In this document: piece by piece, positions 25,223 to 37,218 of the stretch | How positions within the stretch are numbered: position 1 is the stretch's first letter | Layout: the number at the start of each line of letters is the position of its first letter | NCBI RefSeq assembly: GCF_006345805.1 | Contig: NC_042997.1 | Coordinates: forward strand, 159,278,001-159,342,000 | Source: Octopus sinensis | Taxonomy: Eukaryota | Length of the DNA: 64,000 nucleotides | Direction: 5' to 3' | The notes under the pieces: generated by a model | Seen by the model: the letters and a program-made list of their open reading frames with translations, nothing else | What the model was told of the DNA's origin: nothing | Database searches by the model: none | Made by a program: the position numbers and the translations under genes

Positions 25223-26143
25223 GGTTGATGTATGCTGCATACAAGAGGTAAGATGGAGAGATGCTTCGGCTAGGGTCCTCACGGGCAAGGCACTTAGGTA
25301 CAAACTCTACTGGCAAGGTAACGCGGAAGGTGTAGGGGGTGTAGGCATTCTCCTTGCGGAGGAATGGGTGGATAAGGTCATAGAGGTTGTCAGGGTTTGT
25401 GATAGAGTGCTTAAGCTCAGGTTGGTCCTACAGAGTGGCACAGCTATGATTATCTCAGCCTATGCCCCACAAGCAGGACTACCAAATGATCAGAAGGACA
25501 ACTTTTATGATACCCTTCTGCAGGCTACTTCAAAGACTAGTAACAAGGACCTCATCTTTGTAGGTGGAGATTTTAATGGGCATGTTGGGCGGGAATCGGG
25601 TATCTTCACTGGGGTACATAGTGGCTATGGTATTGGCACCAGAAATGATGAGGGAACTAGACTGCTGGAATTCTGTGATGCATGTAACCTTTCAATCTGC
25701 AACACTAACTTCAAGAAGCCAGTCTGCCACCTTATAACTTATCAGTCAGGAGACTCCGCTAGCCAAATAGACTTCATCCTCACCAGACAACGGGATGCAG
25801 GGTTGCTCTTGAATACAAAGACCCTCCCGGGTGAAGAATGTATCCCTCAGCATAGACTAATCATCAGTGACTTTAAGCTTGAGGCCAGAAGGACTCCAAG
25901 AAACAAACCAATCCAGAAAAGAAGGATTTGGAGGCTAAAGAACCCTTCGCATGGTCAGAAATTTAGGGACATACTCATCAAGAAATTTGATGAGAGGGAG
26001 GAGGAGCTTCAGACGTCAGACATAGAAGGTAGCTGGGAATTCCTACGGGACAGCTTGTTGAGTGCCACAGACCAAGTCTGTGGATGGTGCAAAGTCCCTT
26101 CCAGACCTAGAATTACGTGGTGGTGGAATAGTGCAGTAGATAA
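25223..26143 (+). CDS. RTE ORF, APE endonuclease part (open upstream of the listed 25368 start)
   Basis: Frame is continuous from VDVCCIQE at about 25223 to WWNSAVDK; the first catalytic motif (GTxNV) is missing because of truncation. Confidence 0.85.
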
Positions 26144-26144
26144 G

Positions 26145-28276
26145 CCATCTGTGAAAAGAGACGGGCCTGGAAAGCCTGGAAGGATGGGGGCAGCAGGGAA
26201 CTGTACCAGATAGCCAAAAGGGAGGCTGGGCGGCAGGTATACATTGCCAAAGATGTAGCAGAAAAGAAGAAGTTTGCCAATGTCCAGCGTCGCGAGGATC
26301 AAAGAGCTGAAGTATTTCGGATTGCCAGACAGTGTGTCAGAGAAAATAGCGATGTTATAGGAGAGAAATGTGTCCGCATGGATGATGGGGCACTTGCTTT
26401 TACTACTAGTGAAAAGAAAGAGGCTTGGAGAAGCCATTATGAAAGACTGCTGAATGAGGAGAATGAATGGGAGGAGGAGAGCCTGCCAAATGTCGACCCA
26501 GTAGAGGGACCAGCTACCCGAATAGACAGCTCCCTTGTAGATAAGGCAATTAAGGATATGAAACCAGGCAAAGCCCCTGGCCTATCAGGAATCACTGCTG
26601 AGATGCTTAAAACAGCTGGCTATGTGGGCTATGCCATAGTCACCCGCATTGTAAACCAGGTAGTTCACAATGGAGTCATACCCAATGACTGGTGCAGCAG
26701 CACCATAGTCAACTGCTACAAGGGTAAGGGTGATGCTCTAGATAGAAATAACTACAGAGGTATCAAACTGTTGGACCAGGTGATGAAGGTCTCAGAGAAG
26801 GTCATAACCAATCTCATTAGGGAGAGAATTTGTTTAGATGAAATGCAGTTCGGTTTTGTACCAGGTAGAAGCACCACTGATGCTATATTCCTGGTCCGAC
26901 AACTGCAGGAGAAGTACCTAGCTAAAGATAAACCCCTCTACATAGCTTTTGTAGACTTGGAGAAAGCCTTTGACAGGGTTTCCCGTTCCCTTATCTGGTG
27001 GTCGATGCGGAAACTGGAGATTGAAGAATGGCTAATAAGGGCTGTACAGGCTCTATACAGAGAGGCTGTCAGCAAGGTTAGGATTGGCAACGAATATAGT
27101 GAAGAATTCCGGGTAGAAGTAGGTGTGCACCAGGGCTCAGCCCTCAGTCCCCTTTTATTCATCATAGTCCTTCAGGCAATAACAGAGGAATTCAAAACGG
27201 GATGCCCCTGGGAGCTCCTCTATGCTGATGACCTAGCTCTCATAGCAGAATCACTACCGGAACTAGAAGAGAAATTTCGGGTGTGGAAGCAAGGGTTGGA
27301 ATCAAAGGGCCTTAGAATAAATGTAGCAAAGACCAAAGTATTAGTAAGCAGCAAGAGGTACTCAGCACACATCCCCTCGGGTAGGTGGCCCTGCTCAACC
27401 TGTAGGAAAGGTACAGGTAGAAACTCCATAAGATGCACCCAATGTAAGTTATGGACACATAAGAGGTGCAGCAACATTAAAGGGAAATTAACAGATAAGA
27501 TAGCTTTCATGTGCGGCAGATGCACAGGGACAATAGACACAACAGACACTCAGAAAACAGATTCCATCACACTCCAGGGAGAGAAACTAGAAGTAGTTGA
27601 TAGTTTCCGCTACCTGGGTGACCAAGTTAGTAGCGGAGGTGGATGCACAGAGAGTATCACCACTAGAATACGAATAGCCTGGGCAAAGTTCAGAAAGCTC
27701 CTACCCCTACTGGCAACAAAAGGTCTCTCCCTCAGAGCAAAAGGTAGATTGTATGATGCATGTGTGCGAACTGCCATGCTTCACGGTAATGAAACATGGG
27801 CTGTGACTGCAGAAGACATGCGTAGACTTGAAAGAAATGAAGCTAGCATGATCCGCTGGATGTGTAGTGTCAGTGTGCACGCAAAACAGAGTGTAAGTAT
27901 CCTGAGAGAAATGCTGGATATAAGAAGCATCAGATGTGGTGTGCAAGAGCGACGCTTGCGATGGTATGGTCATGTGCTGCGGATGGATGAAGAGAGATGT
28001 GTGAAGAAGTGCCACTCCCAAACAGTTGAAGGTATCAGGGGGAGAGGTAGACCCAGGAAGACATGGGATGAGGTGGTCAAGCATGACCTCAGAGCATTGG
28101 GCCTCACTGAGGCAATGGCGAAGGACCGAGATCTCTGGAGATATGCTGTGACTACAAAGACCCGGGCTGCTTTCTGCAGCAATTCCACATACCCCCTACC
28201 CATTCTAAGTACCCCAGATCCCCAAAGTACCCCGATCCCCAAAGTACCCCGGACCTCGTTGCCCCCGTGCCGCTGA
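26145..28276 (+). CDS. RTE ORF, reverse transcriptase part with internal PHD-like finger
   Basis: Restoring one base at GATAAG^CCATC (about 26143) fuses it to the APE frame (DK-AICEKRRAWKAWKDGGSRELYQIAKR...MDDG); YADD at 27221-27232; open to the stop at 28276. Confidence 0.9.
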
Positions 28277-28539
28277 CACGTTAAAATGCTCGAACCGATC
28301 GTGACGATGCCGGACCCTCCGGCCCCTGTGCAGGTGGCACGTAAAAAGCACCCAATCCATTCATGGAGTGGTTGGCGTTAGGAAGGGCATCCAGCCGTAG
28401 AAACTCTGCCAGATTCAGACTGGAGCCTGGAGCGGCCCCTGGCTTCCCAGACCCGGTCGAACCGTCCAACCCGTGCTAGCGCGGAAAGCGGACGTTAAAC
28501 GATGATGATGATGATGATGATGATGCACGCATATTATCA

Positions 28540-28640
28540 TCATCATTTAACATCTGTTGTCCATGCTGGCATGGGTTGGACAGTTTGACCAGGGCTGGTA
28601 AGCTGCATCAGACTCCAGTCTGATTTGACATGGTTTTCTA
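28540..28640 (-). mobile_element. RTE 3'-end fragment, tail-to-tail with the long RTE
   Basis: ATCATCATCATTTAAC...CCATGCTGGCATGGGTTGGAC is the reverse complement of the family terminus. Confidence 0.75.
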
Positions 28641-28991
28641 TTTATCTCTCACCAGATGGAGTAATTTTGTTTTTGTTGATCTTACCATCATGGAACAGTA
28701 CATTTTATATACATATATACCCACACATATTATATACATATCTATCTTTTACTTTTTACTTGTGTCATTCTCTTCACTGTGGCCATGGCTGGGGTACAGC
28801 CTCAAAGAATTTTTAGTTGAATGAATTGACTCTTTTATTCCGTTTTTTAAGCCTGGTGCTTATTCTATTAGTTGCTTTTGCTAAACCACTAAGATACAGG
28901 TATGGACATACATCAACTACAGATGTCGAGCAATGATGGAGAACAAACACAGACACAAAGATATACACACAGATATAAATATATATACATG

Positions 28992-29741
28992 ACAGTGTAA
29001 GGACCCTGAGAGAAAAGTTGGACATAAGAAGCATCAGATGTGGTGTACAAGAGAGACGACAGAGCTGGTATGGTCACATGTTGCATATGGAATAGTGTCA
29101 CACTCTAACAGTGGTGGGAACCTGCATAAGAGATAGACCCAGGAAGACCTGGGATCAGGTGGTGAAGCATGACCTCCAAACTTTGGGTCTCATGGAGGTG
29201 ATGACAAGCGACCGATACCTTAGGAGATATGCTGTGCTTGAGAAGACCTGCCAAGCCAAGTGAGACTGTAACCGTGACCTATGCCTACATAGCATAACTG
29301 GCCCATTTAAGACTATCGTTCAATCATTGGGCAATAAGCTGTGCTTGAGAAGACCTGTTGAGTCAAGTGAAATCATTGTCATGGTCAATGCCAGTTCCAG
29401 CTGACTGGCATCTGTAACAGTGGCATATAAAAAGCCCCATTCGAGTGTGGTTGATGCCTGTGTCACCTGACTTGTCCCATGCCGGTGGCACATAAAAAGC
29501 ATCATTCAAGCATGGTCATTGCCAGTGCCACCTAACTGGCTCCCATGCTGGTACCATCTGACTGGCCTTCATGCACCTGCCACCCTCTAGGAGTAGTTAG
29601 CACTAGGAAGGGCATCCAGCTGTACAAACCTTGCCAGATAAGATTGGAGCCTGGTACAACCTTCTGGCTTGCCTGCCAGTCCTCTGTCAAACCATCCAAC
29701 TCATGTCACCATGAAAAGCAGATGTTGAACGATGATGATGA
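28992..29741 (+). mobile_element. Second, older RTE 3' fragment (ORF end, 3' UTR and GAT tail)
   Basis: LREKLDIRSIRCGVQERRQSWYGH...RPRKTWDQVVKHDL...RYAVLEKT matches 27890-28160. Confidence 0.85.
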
Positions 29742-30072
29742 CAAGATTCCTTCAGTTTCCATTTACCAAATCCACTCAAGGCTTTAGAAGAAGACACTTG
29801 CCCAAGGTGCCCTGCAGTGGGACTGAACTGGAACCATGTGGTTGGCAAGCAAGTTTCTCGCTACACAGCTAAGCCAGTTTATAAATATTTGTATATACAT
29901 ACACACATACACACACACATATATACATATATGCATATATACATACATAATATACGTGCATGTTTGTATGTGTGTTTGTATAAAATTTATAATTTCGCTG
30001 TATTACTGTTATTAACATTATTTTTATAATAATTATAATCATCATCATTATTATTATTATTATTATTATTAA

Positions 30073-30283
30073 GGCAGTGAGCTAACAGAATCGTTAGCAT
30101 GCTGGGCAAAATGCTTGGTGGTATTTCATCTATCTTTGCCTTTTGAGTTCAAATTCCACCGAGGTCAACTTTACTGTTCATCCTTCGGGGTCGTGAAATA
30201 AGTACCAGTTGAAGACTGGGGGTCAATGTAATCAATTAGTCCCTTCCCCTAAAAATTTCATGCCTTGTGCCTAAATTGAAAGG
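30073..30283 (+). mobile_element. SINE family A, full length, following (ATT)n
   Basis: Same sequence as the 6514 copy. Confidence 0.85.
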
Positions 30284-31049
30284 ACCGCCACCGCCACCAC
30301 CGCCTCCACCACCACCACCATCATCATCATTATGACAGGCTGAATAATTATACAAATCACACAGTTGTTTACTTCAAACACAAGAATGAAGTACCTAAGA
30401 AACGATCAGATGTCAAAGCACCTGGTGAATCCATAACATCCAGCGCCTATATAATCTCCAGTCAGTCTGAATACAGCTTAACATTTGCTGATCTAATGGA
30501 AAATTATATTTTCAGAGCTTACTACCGCTATACCTGCTTTACTTTCTGGCAAACAGATAATCCAAGATATATCACCTAATATCTCAAAAGTAAAACCACT
30601 TTATTCAAATATCAAAAGCAGTAATATTAGTCAAATGAAACAAAATAGCATAATAACCATCATAAATTTTATTATTCCGTTTCTACATCAAAATGATCAG
30701 ATTTTTTTTCCTTCTTGTTTTTAGTTGGATATGTCTATCTATCATACAACAGTCACCATATCATAACTTCATCTAATCAGTAACGTTAATTTAATTATGC
30801 CTGATTTAATTACTGTGCTACAAGTTATTTTTTTGGCTTACCCTTTGATTCAATTGCTCTCCAACATCCTGCTAATCAACCAACAAACCAACCAGCCAGC
30901 CATCCAGTAAATTTTTACTCTTGTTTTTCACTCCCACTCAGATGAATCATTTATAGATGTTATAAATATCAAGAGAAACTAAATGCTTTGTGACTAGGCC
31001 TAGAATCTTTGAAATATTTTAAATTGTTTCTTAGCGACCTTCTATCAAT

Positions 31050-31097
<48 letters not shown>

Positions 31098-31125
31098 ATT
31101 GGTATATACATGTGTATATACATAC

Positions 31126-31157
<32 letters not shown>

Positions 31158-31186
31158 ATTGGTATATACATGTGTATATACATACA

Positions 31187-31227
<41 letters not shown>

Positions 31228-31420
31228 GATCCAAACATGAACAAAGAGAAAACGCGAGAACGTGGAACAAGTATAGTGTTATTGGATGCTCAGGAAAGGA
31301 AAGAAAGAAGGAGGATTTAACGTTTTTTGAGCAGAGCTCTTCGTCAGAAACAGAAAAAGGAAAGGTCCAAAGAGAGGAAGATGGAGAAAGAAAATCGCCA
31401 ACGATACACACGTGGTCACA
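31228..31420 (-). mobile_element. Probable Penelope-like terminal-repeat fragment with degenerate hammerhead motif
   Basis: Minus strand 31315-31352 reads GTTT-CTGACGA-A-GAGC-TCT-GCTC-AAAAAA-CGTT-AAAT; GAAA is mutated. Confidence 0.5.
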
Positions 31421-32116
31421 TGTTATCAATGTTGATGTAGGTGTAAATGGTGGCGACAAAAGTGAAAGTAAAAGAAAGAAGAAAGGTAAAAAGACGAGAA
31501 AAAGTGGAAATATATATATATATATACCCTTATTCATCACTTACCCTAGTACACAAGTAAATAGTCCTTACAAATCACATTTGGATTAAAAGTTTGACTA
31601 ACTCTGTTATAAACAAAATTTATAAATATCCAACAACATTATCATCACCATCTTCTTTATTATCAACAACACAGAAATAGTTGATTGAATCTAGCTAGCA
31701 TTTGTAAAATACTTTAAATTCTTCATGATCCTGCTTGTGAACATTCTTTTAAAACATTTAAAACTAAAATTCATTTGCATTTGTAATCAGATTTTTAATG
31801 TTCGCTGCATTAATAGGTTAATTCTGACATATATATTGCTTTTTAATACAGATGGCAATTCTGAGTAATTCACTACAGTGATTCTTTCTGACATGTTACA
31901 AGATAAAAATTTAAAAGTACATTAGTCAAGGAGTGGATAGGCCAATGCTGTTTTCAGTGAGATAACAATAAACATCTATCAATAAGAGTGAGGAAGAGAC
32001 CTAGGGGCATGCACAGAAATCACCATTACCTTTGGCTGTGAAACTTGGAACACCAACAGACACTTGCAAAAGCTTATCAATGATAAAAAGAAGTGATTCT
32101 TTATATGGATGCTTAA

Positions 32117-32562
32117 GATCATCATCATCATTTAACGTCTGCTTTCTATGCTAGCATGGGTTGGACAATTTGACTGAGGACTGGCAAACCAGATGGCTGT
32201 ACCAGACTCCAATCTTGATCTGGCAGAGTTTCTACAGCTGGATGCCCTTCCTAATGCCAACCACTCCAAGAGTGTGCTTTTACGTGCCACTGGCACAGGA
32301 ACCAATCAGGCGGTACTGGAAACGACCTTGCTCGAATGTTTTATCACATGTCACCAGCACAAGTGCCAGTAAGGCGACTCTAGTAATGATCACGCTCGAA
32401 TGGTGCCTTTTACATGCCACCAGCACGGAAGCAAGTTAGCCGCTCTGGCAACAATCATGCTCGGATGGTGCTCTTAGCACCCCCACTAGCACGGGGCACA
32501 AGTGCCAGTAAGGCAACACTGGTAACGATCACGCTCGAATGGTGCCTTTTACGTGCCACCGG
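32117..32562 (-). mobile_element. RTE 3'-UTR fragment with internal tandem subrepeats
   Basis: ATC tail and terminal domain, then repeated GGTGC.TTTTAC.TGCCAC units. Confidence 0.85.
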
Positions 32563-32765
32563 CATGAACACTTGACAACTGGAAAACTAAAAAATAGAAG
32601 GAAGGGAATGACAGAGAGAAAATACTTGAAGGCCTTACCATCTGGTTACAGAAAGACTGAACACAAAATCTTACTAAGCTGTGTGGGGGGACAGGAGGGG
32701 ATGGCAGTCCATGATGAACAACGCCTATAAGCACAGTACAGAGAAGATCAATCAATCCATCCATC
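32563..32765 (+). mobile_element. C-terminal fragment of a different RTE subfamily
   Basis: With frameshifts reads TTGKL...R.REKILEGLTIWLQK...DRRGWQSMMNNAYKHST, a typical RTE end, followed by an ATCA/ATCC tail. Confidence 0.65.
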
Positions 32766-33746
32766 TTCTCTGCCCACTATTCACGGTAGGGTTGTGGAAG
32801 CAGAGACCTCAGGCACTTTCTCAAGACTTTCTATTTGGATTCTTAAGCACAACCAATAAAACTATGGATATTATCCAATCATCTCATTGTTTGCTTACCC
32901 CTAGGTCTCGAACCAGTTTGCTCAGCTTCATTAATCCATTTTGCAATTCTTTCCTGTAGATAGCATCTATTCCTTCGGGGATATTTTTTATTATTATTTT
33001 TGATATGCTCTAATATGAGAAGGGAGTTTGTGGGTAGAGATATGCTGCTGAAATGAACTATAGAAAAGTTTAGAGGAGTTCCTAATTGATATTGTTATTG
33101 CAGAGTCATTCTGCTATAACAGACACATGGCAAGAAGAAAATGAACTGATGAAATAATTAAAGAGAGATCTGTACAATCAGCTCACGGAGTTAAATACAG
33201 AAGGGAATCTGTTGAAGGAGATATGGAAATTACACAAGCAAATAAAGTTTTGGCATTTTAGTTATGGCCCCTGTGTTAATATGCATGTGTGCATGTACAT
33301 ATGATAAATAGATAGGGAGATGGGGCATATAAACAAATAAGCAGAGAAATAATATTGATCTACTTATCAAAAACTACTTCACACTGTATTGGAATATTAC
33401 ACAAGGATGTAACTCTAATGCACAGATGAACACGCCTGAAAACAAGAGTGAGTGGTTTCGGTATAATTACTGGAAGCACTCACCCTTTAAGATGCATGCA
33501 CAGTTTCTGGATTACATCCAAGAAATAACTTCCATTATTCACACAAAAAAAGTGGATGTGACTTCTTTGTGATTACTTGCTATGCTACAAATAGCTGTTA
33601 AAATATCCTATGATTATTCCCCACCAACTTAAAACTGGAAGGACATGTTAAATAATGTAGTTTTAGTTATATACAAAAATAAAATAATTAGATAGAATAG
33701 GCAGGTCTAGAATGCCTTAGACCAGGCATGAGCAACCTTTTGCAAG

Positions 33747-34020
33747 TGGAGGTACATAGCCTAGTGGTTAAAGCAGCGGACTCGCAGTCGAGGGATCGCA
33801 GGTTTGAATCTCAGACCGGGCAGTGTGTGTGTTTATGAGCAAAACACCTAAGCTCCATGCAGCTCTGGCAGAAGGTAATGGCGAACTTCTGCTGACTCTT
33901 TCACCACAAATTTCTCTCACTCTTTCCTCCTGCATCTTGCAGCTCACCTGTGGGGAACCCATATGCCAAGGAAACTGGAAAACCGGCCCTTATGAGCCAG
34001 ACATGGCTTGAGAAGGAAGG
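33747..34020 (+). mobile_element. tRNA-derived SINE family D with 13-bp TSD
   Basis: TSD AACCTTTTGCAAG at 33734-33746 and 34021-34033; motifs TAGCCTAGTGGTTA and GTTTGAATCTC. Confidence 0.9.
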
Positions 34021-35355
34021 AACCTTTTGCAAGAAGTAGGTTCCATGAGACATGGATCATCAGGCGGACCACACTACTAAAAGAGTTTGAATAATTTTTC
34101 ATTTAAGAGTGCCATTCAGAAAGCGTCATAGGTTGTAGGTTGCCTGTGACTGCCTTACATCATACTTCTGTCCAATTAGAGCTGACCTTTAATTAAACAA
34201 CAAAATACTAACTGTCACAATTACCATCAATCTGATTTCAGACTAAGCTACTGCTACAAAACAAATCTCTATTTACTCTCTTCAGGTTACTGGCTTAATG
34301 CCACACTCCAACAAAACCTACTCGTGTGGTTTTCAACTTCCTAGAGATAACACTTGAATTTCCCTTCTATTACACACTACTGTCTTGAAGAAGAAAAAAA
34401 AGGATATACTCGATAATGTGATCCTGCAAAACTCTAGGATGGGATGGTCATGGTTAAAATAACATTGATTATATATCACTTCAGTCAAGGCTGACTTACA
34501 GCTAAACAACAATATGCCCATGAATTTTTTATAGAATCTCTTCTTCCTGAAAAATTGTCCAATTGATCTGCCTCAAAACTATAATATCCCGATTTCCGAT
34601 ACTATTCTTGCATTTCTTCCAGTTAGAAAAGAGAAGCAACTTATCTTGGCTGCAAAACTACATTCCATACAATCAATGTGCACAAGCATCATTATATGGT
34701 TAACAGATATCAGTTGAGATTCAATCACCCCAAATGACATTTCAGGCAAGTTCTCATACCATAATATCAGCTCTGCCTGAGAGTGACATTTGGTAGATGG
34801 AAACTGTGTGAAAGCCTTTCAAATGCTTTCTAGGTACTATTTTCTTTTTTGTGTTTTGGATTAGTGCTAGATTTAATCAAGTGCTCAGTTTAATATGCTA
34901 GCTTACCTATGTTAGCAACAGAGTAAACTTTGATAAAGGCATCCACAAACAATGTAATGATGCTAAACCAGGTGGTAAAATCTGCTTGGCAGTATATTTT
35001 GATCGTTAAGGTACATAAAAGTGCAAAGTAATTAATATTGTGAGCATTCATAAGCAATTACAACTATTGACAGTAGCTAATTTAGTTTAACATCAACACC
35101 ATCATTTAGCCTACAATCTTCTGAGCTTGCATGGGTCTGGTAAAATTTGTTGATTTAGATTTCAATGGCTAGATGCTCTTCCTGACACCAACCCTCACTT
35201 GTTTCCAAGTAGGGTAATATTTCCTCATGGTCAGACATGATTTTCACAGAAGATTGGAAATGAAGAACCTTGTTTGTGTGATGAGGATACTCATTTAAAA
35301 CCATCAAGTGATAGCAAGACAAGGATACATATACATACATATATACATACATACT

Positions 35356-36050
35356 TTGAAGGGTATGCATTTGCAATCCAGGAATAGGAAATATCAACCA
35401 AGCACCTGATACACAAAAGGGATAGAGATGCAGGAAAAGCCATAAAGTGTGACAACCAATGCAGACTTTGTGGAGTTCATGCTGAAGATATCACCCACAT
35501 CATAAGCAGTTGTCCAAAAATATCATCACAGTATTATCTACCGATGAGACATGGCATTGTAGCTAGGACACTTGATAACAAAATCCATCGGAAGGGAAAT
35601 CCCGAGGGCAAAGGAATAAGAACCCACAATATGGTAGAAGCCATAGCCACTCATAACAAAAGGGAATACTGGTGGAATGTACCAGCGAAGACTCAATAAA
35701 ATCTAAGTGCAACAGCCCTGATATAATGATTTGAGATAGAGAAGAGAAACTGTGTACAGTTGTGGAATTAGCTTCCCAGCGGATGTTAACATAAAGCTGA
35801 AGATCAGTGAAAAAGAGAGCACTAGTGCTGAACTATTGAGAAATCTGCAATTACTCTATCCAGATTACAAGTTCGGATTTATACCTGTAATTATTGGGAC
35901 CCTGGGATATGTAACATACTACTTAAATACCAAACTTGAGAAATTAGGCTGCTCAAAACCAGAAAGGAGAAAACTAATTCAAAGACTACAGATCCAATCC
36001 ATCACTGGAACTGTAAAAATCTGGAAAACTTTCCAGAAGTTCATCATTTA
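35356..36050 (+). mobile_element. R4/Dong-like (restriction-like endonuclease) non-LTR retrotransposon, decayed 3' part
   Basis: FEGYAFAIQE...CRLCGVHAEDITHIISSC (CCHC knuckle), MRH.IVA, a PD-(D/E)xK-type region, IPVIIGTLG, and C-terminal ITGTVKI.KTF; several stops and frameshifts. Confidence 0.85.
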
Positions 36051-36141
36051 AATATATATGAACATGTCCAGATATGTAACTATATGTATGAGAATACATA
36101 CATAACACATACAAATCTGTACACACATACCTACATACATA

Positions 36142-36448
36142 CATCTTCTTGTTCCTTCTCAAGCCATGCCTGGCTCCTAAGGGCTGGTTTCCCGGCTTCC
36201 TTGGCATATAGGTTCCCCACCTGGATGGGACGCTGGTCCATCACAGGTGAGCTGCTAGATGCAGGAGGAAAGAGTGAGAGAAAGTTGTGGCGAAAGAGTC
36301 AGCAGAAGTTCGCCATTACCTTCTGCCAGAGCTACGTGGAGCTTAGGTGTTTTGCTCATAAACACACACATCACCCAGTCTGAGATTCGAACCCGCGATC
36401 CCCTGACTGCAAGTCCGCTGCTCTAACCACTGGGCCATGTGCCTCCAC
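36142..36448 (-). mobile_element. SINE family D
   Basis: Reverse complement of the 33747 and 46541 copies, with B-box GTTCGAATCTC. Confidence 0.85.
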
Positions 36449-36727
36449 ATATACATATATACAAACACACAAACAAATAAACAAACAAAAATACCCTGTT
36501 GCTGATGTTGGAATTCCAATGAAGGAGCCTTGGATCTAGGTTAGAAACTGGTTCTTTCTCTATTGACAAGAAATCTTGAAGTAAACTGAATAATGGCATA
36601 TATACATACATGTATGTTTCTTTTAGGTTTCACCTACTAAATCTCACAAGGCTTTGATCAGTTTGGGGTAGTAGTAAACGACACTTGCTCAAGGTGACAT
36701 GCAGTGGGACTGAACCCAAGACTATGT

Positions 36728-37218
36728 ACATTATTTACAATATTTACATTTGATGGATATTTGTCCTCATCTTGTTTGTTGTTAACACAACTTTTCGGTT
36801 GATATACCCTCCAGCCTTCACCAGTGTCTTGGGGAAATTTCGAACCTGGGTTCTCATTCCTAAGGTATTTTTCGATGTTATTATTATAATTATTATTATT
36901 ATTCAGGTCACTGCCCGGAATCGAACTCGGAATCTTGGGGTTAGTAGCCCGCACTCTTAACCACAGGCATATGGCATAGTGGTTAAGAGCGTGGGCTACT
37001 AACCCCAAGATTCTGAGTTCGATTCCAGGCAGTGACCTGAATAATAATAATAATAATAGCAACAACAACATCGAAAAATACCTTAGGAATGAGAACTCAG
37101 GTTTAAAATTTCCCCGAGACACCTGATGAATGCTGGAGGGTTTATCAACCGAAACGTTGTGTTAATGAGAAACAATATGAGACACATATCCATCAAATGT
37201 AAATAACGTAAATAATGT
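36728..37218. mobile_element. Palindromic element: two divergent tRNA-like heads with hammerhead-bearing Penelope-like tails, 10-bp TSD
   Basis: Arms 36728-36964 and 36979-37218 are near reverse complements; B boxes at 36917-36926 (-) and 37017-37026 (+); flanks CCAAGACTAT on both sides; sits inside a family C SINE. Confidence 0.85.
37118..37163 (+). ncRNA. Degenerate type I minimal hammerhead ribozyme motif
   Basis: GACAC-CTGATGA-[stem II, two mismatches]-GAAA-CG-TT-GTGTT; stem I is GACAC/GTGTT and stem III is reduced to palindromic ACGT. Confidence 0.6.

Larger units (their letters stand above)
25223..28525 (+). mobile_element. RTE-clade LINE, 5'-truncated within the endonuclease, otherwise near-intact, (GAT)n tail
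   Basis: APE motifs (VDVCCIQEVRW, SAYAPQ, GGDFNGHVG, SQIDFIL, QHRLIISDF), RT motifs (KAPG, YRGIKLL, QFGF, AFVDLEKAFD, GVHQGSALSPLLF, YADD), an RTE-type C-terminus (LRWYGHV...RGRGRPRKTW), a 3' UTR and a GAT tail. No TSD found. Confidence 0.95.

Noticed and set aside
32640-33020. Two phase-compatible minus-strand exons with GTAAGC/GTAAGG donors (YLQERIAKW...GVVHHGLPSPP...)
   Set aside because: The downstream exon is exactly antisense to an RTE C-terminal remnant at 32563-32765, so the splice signals are probably coincidental.
36975-37035. tRNA gene (CT-ACT-AA loop, Ser-like)
   Set aside because: No acceptor stem or terminator, and it is part of the palindromic repeat; treated as a SINE-like head. 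The same applies to the other tRNA-like heads.
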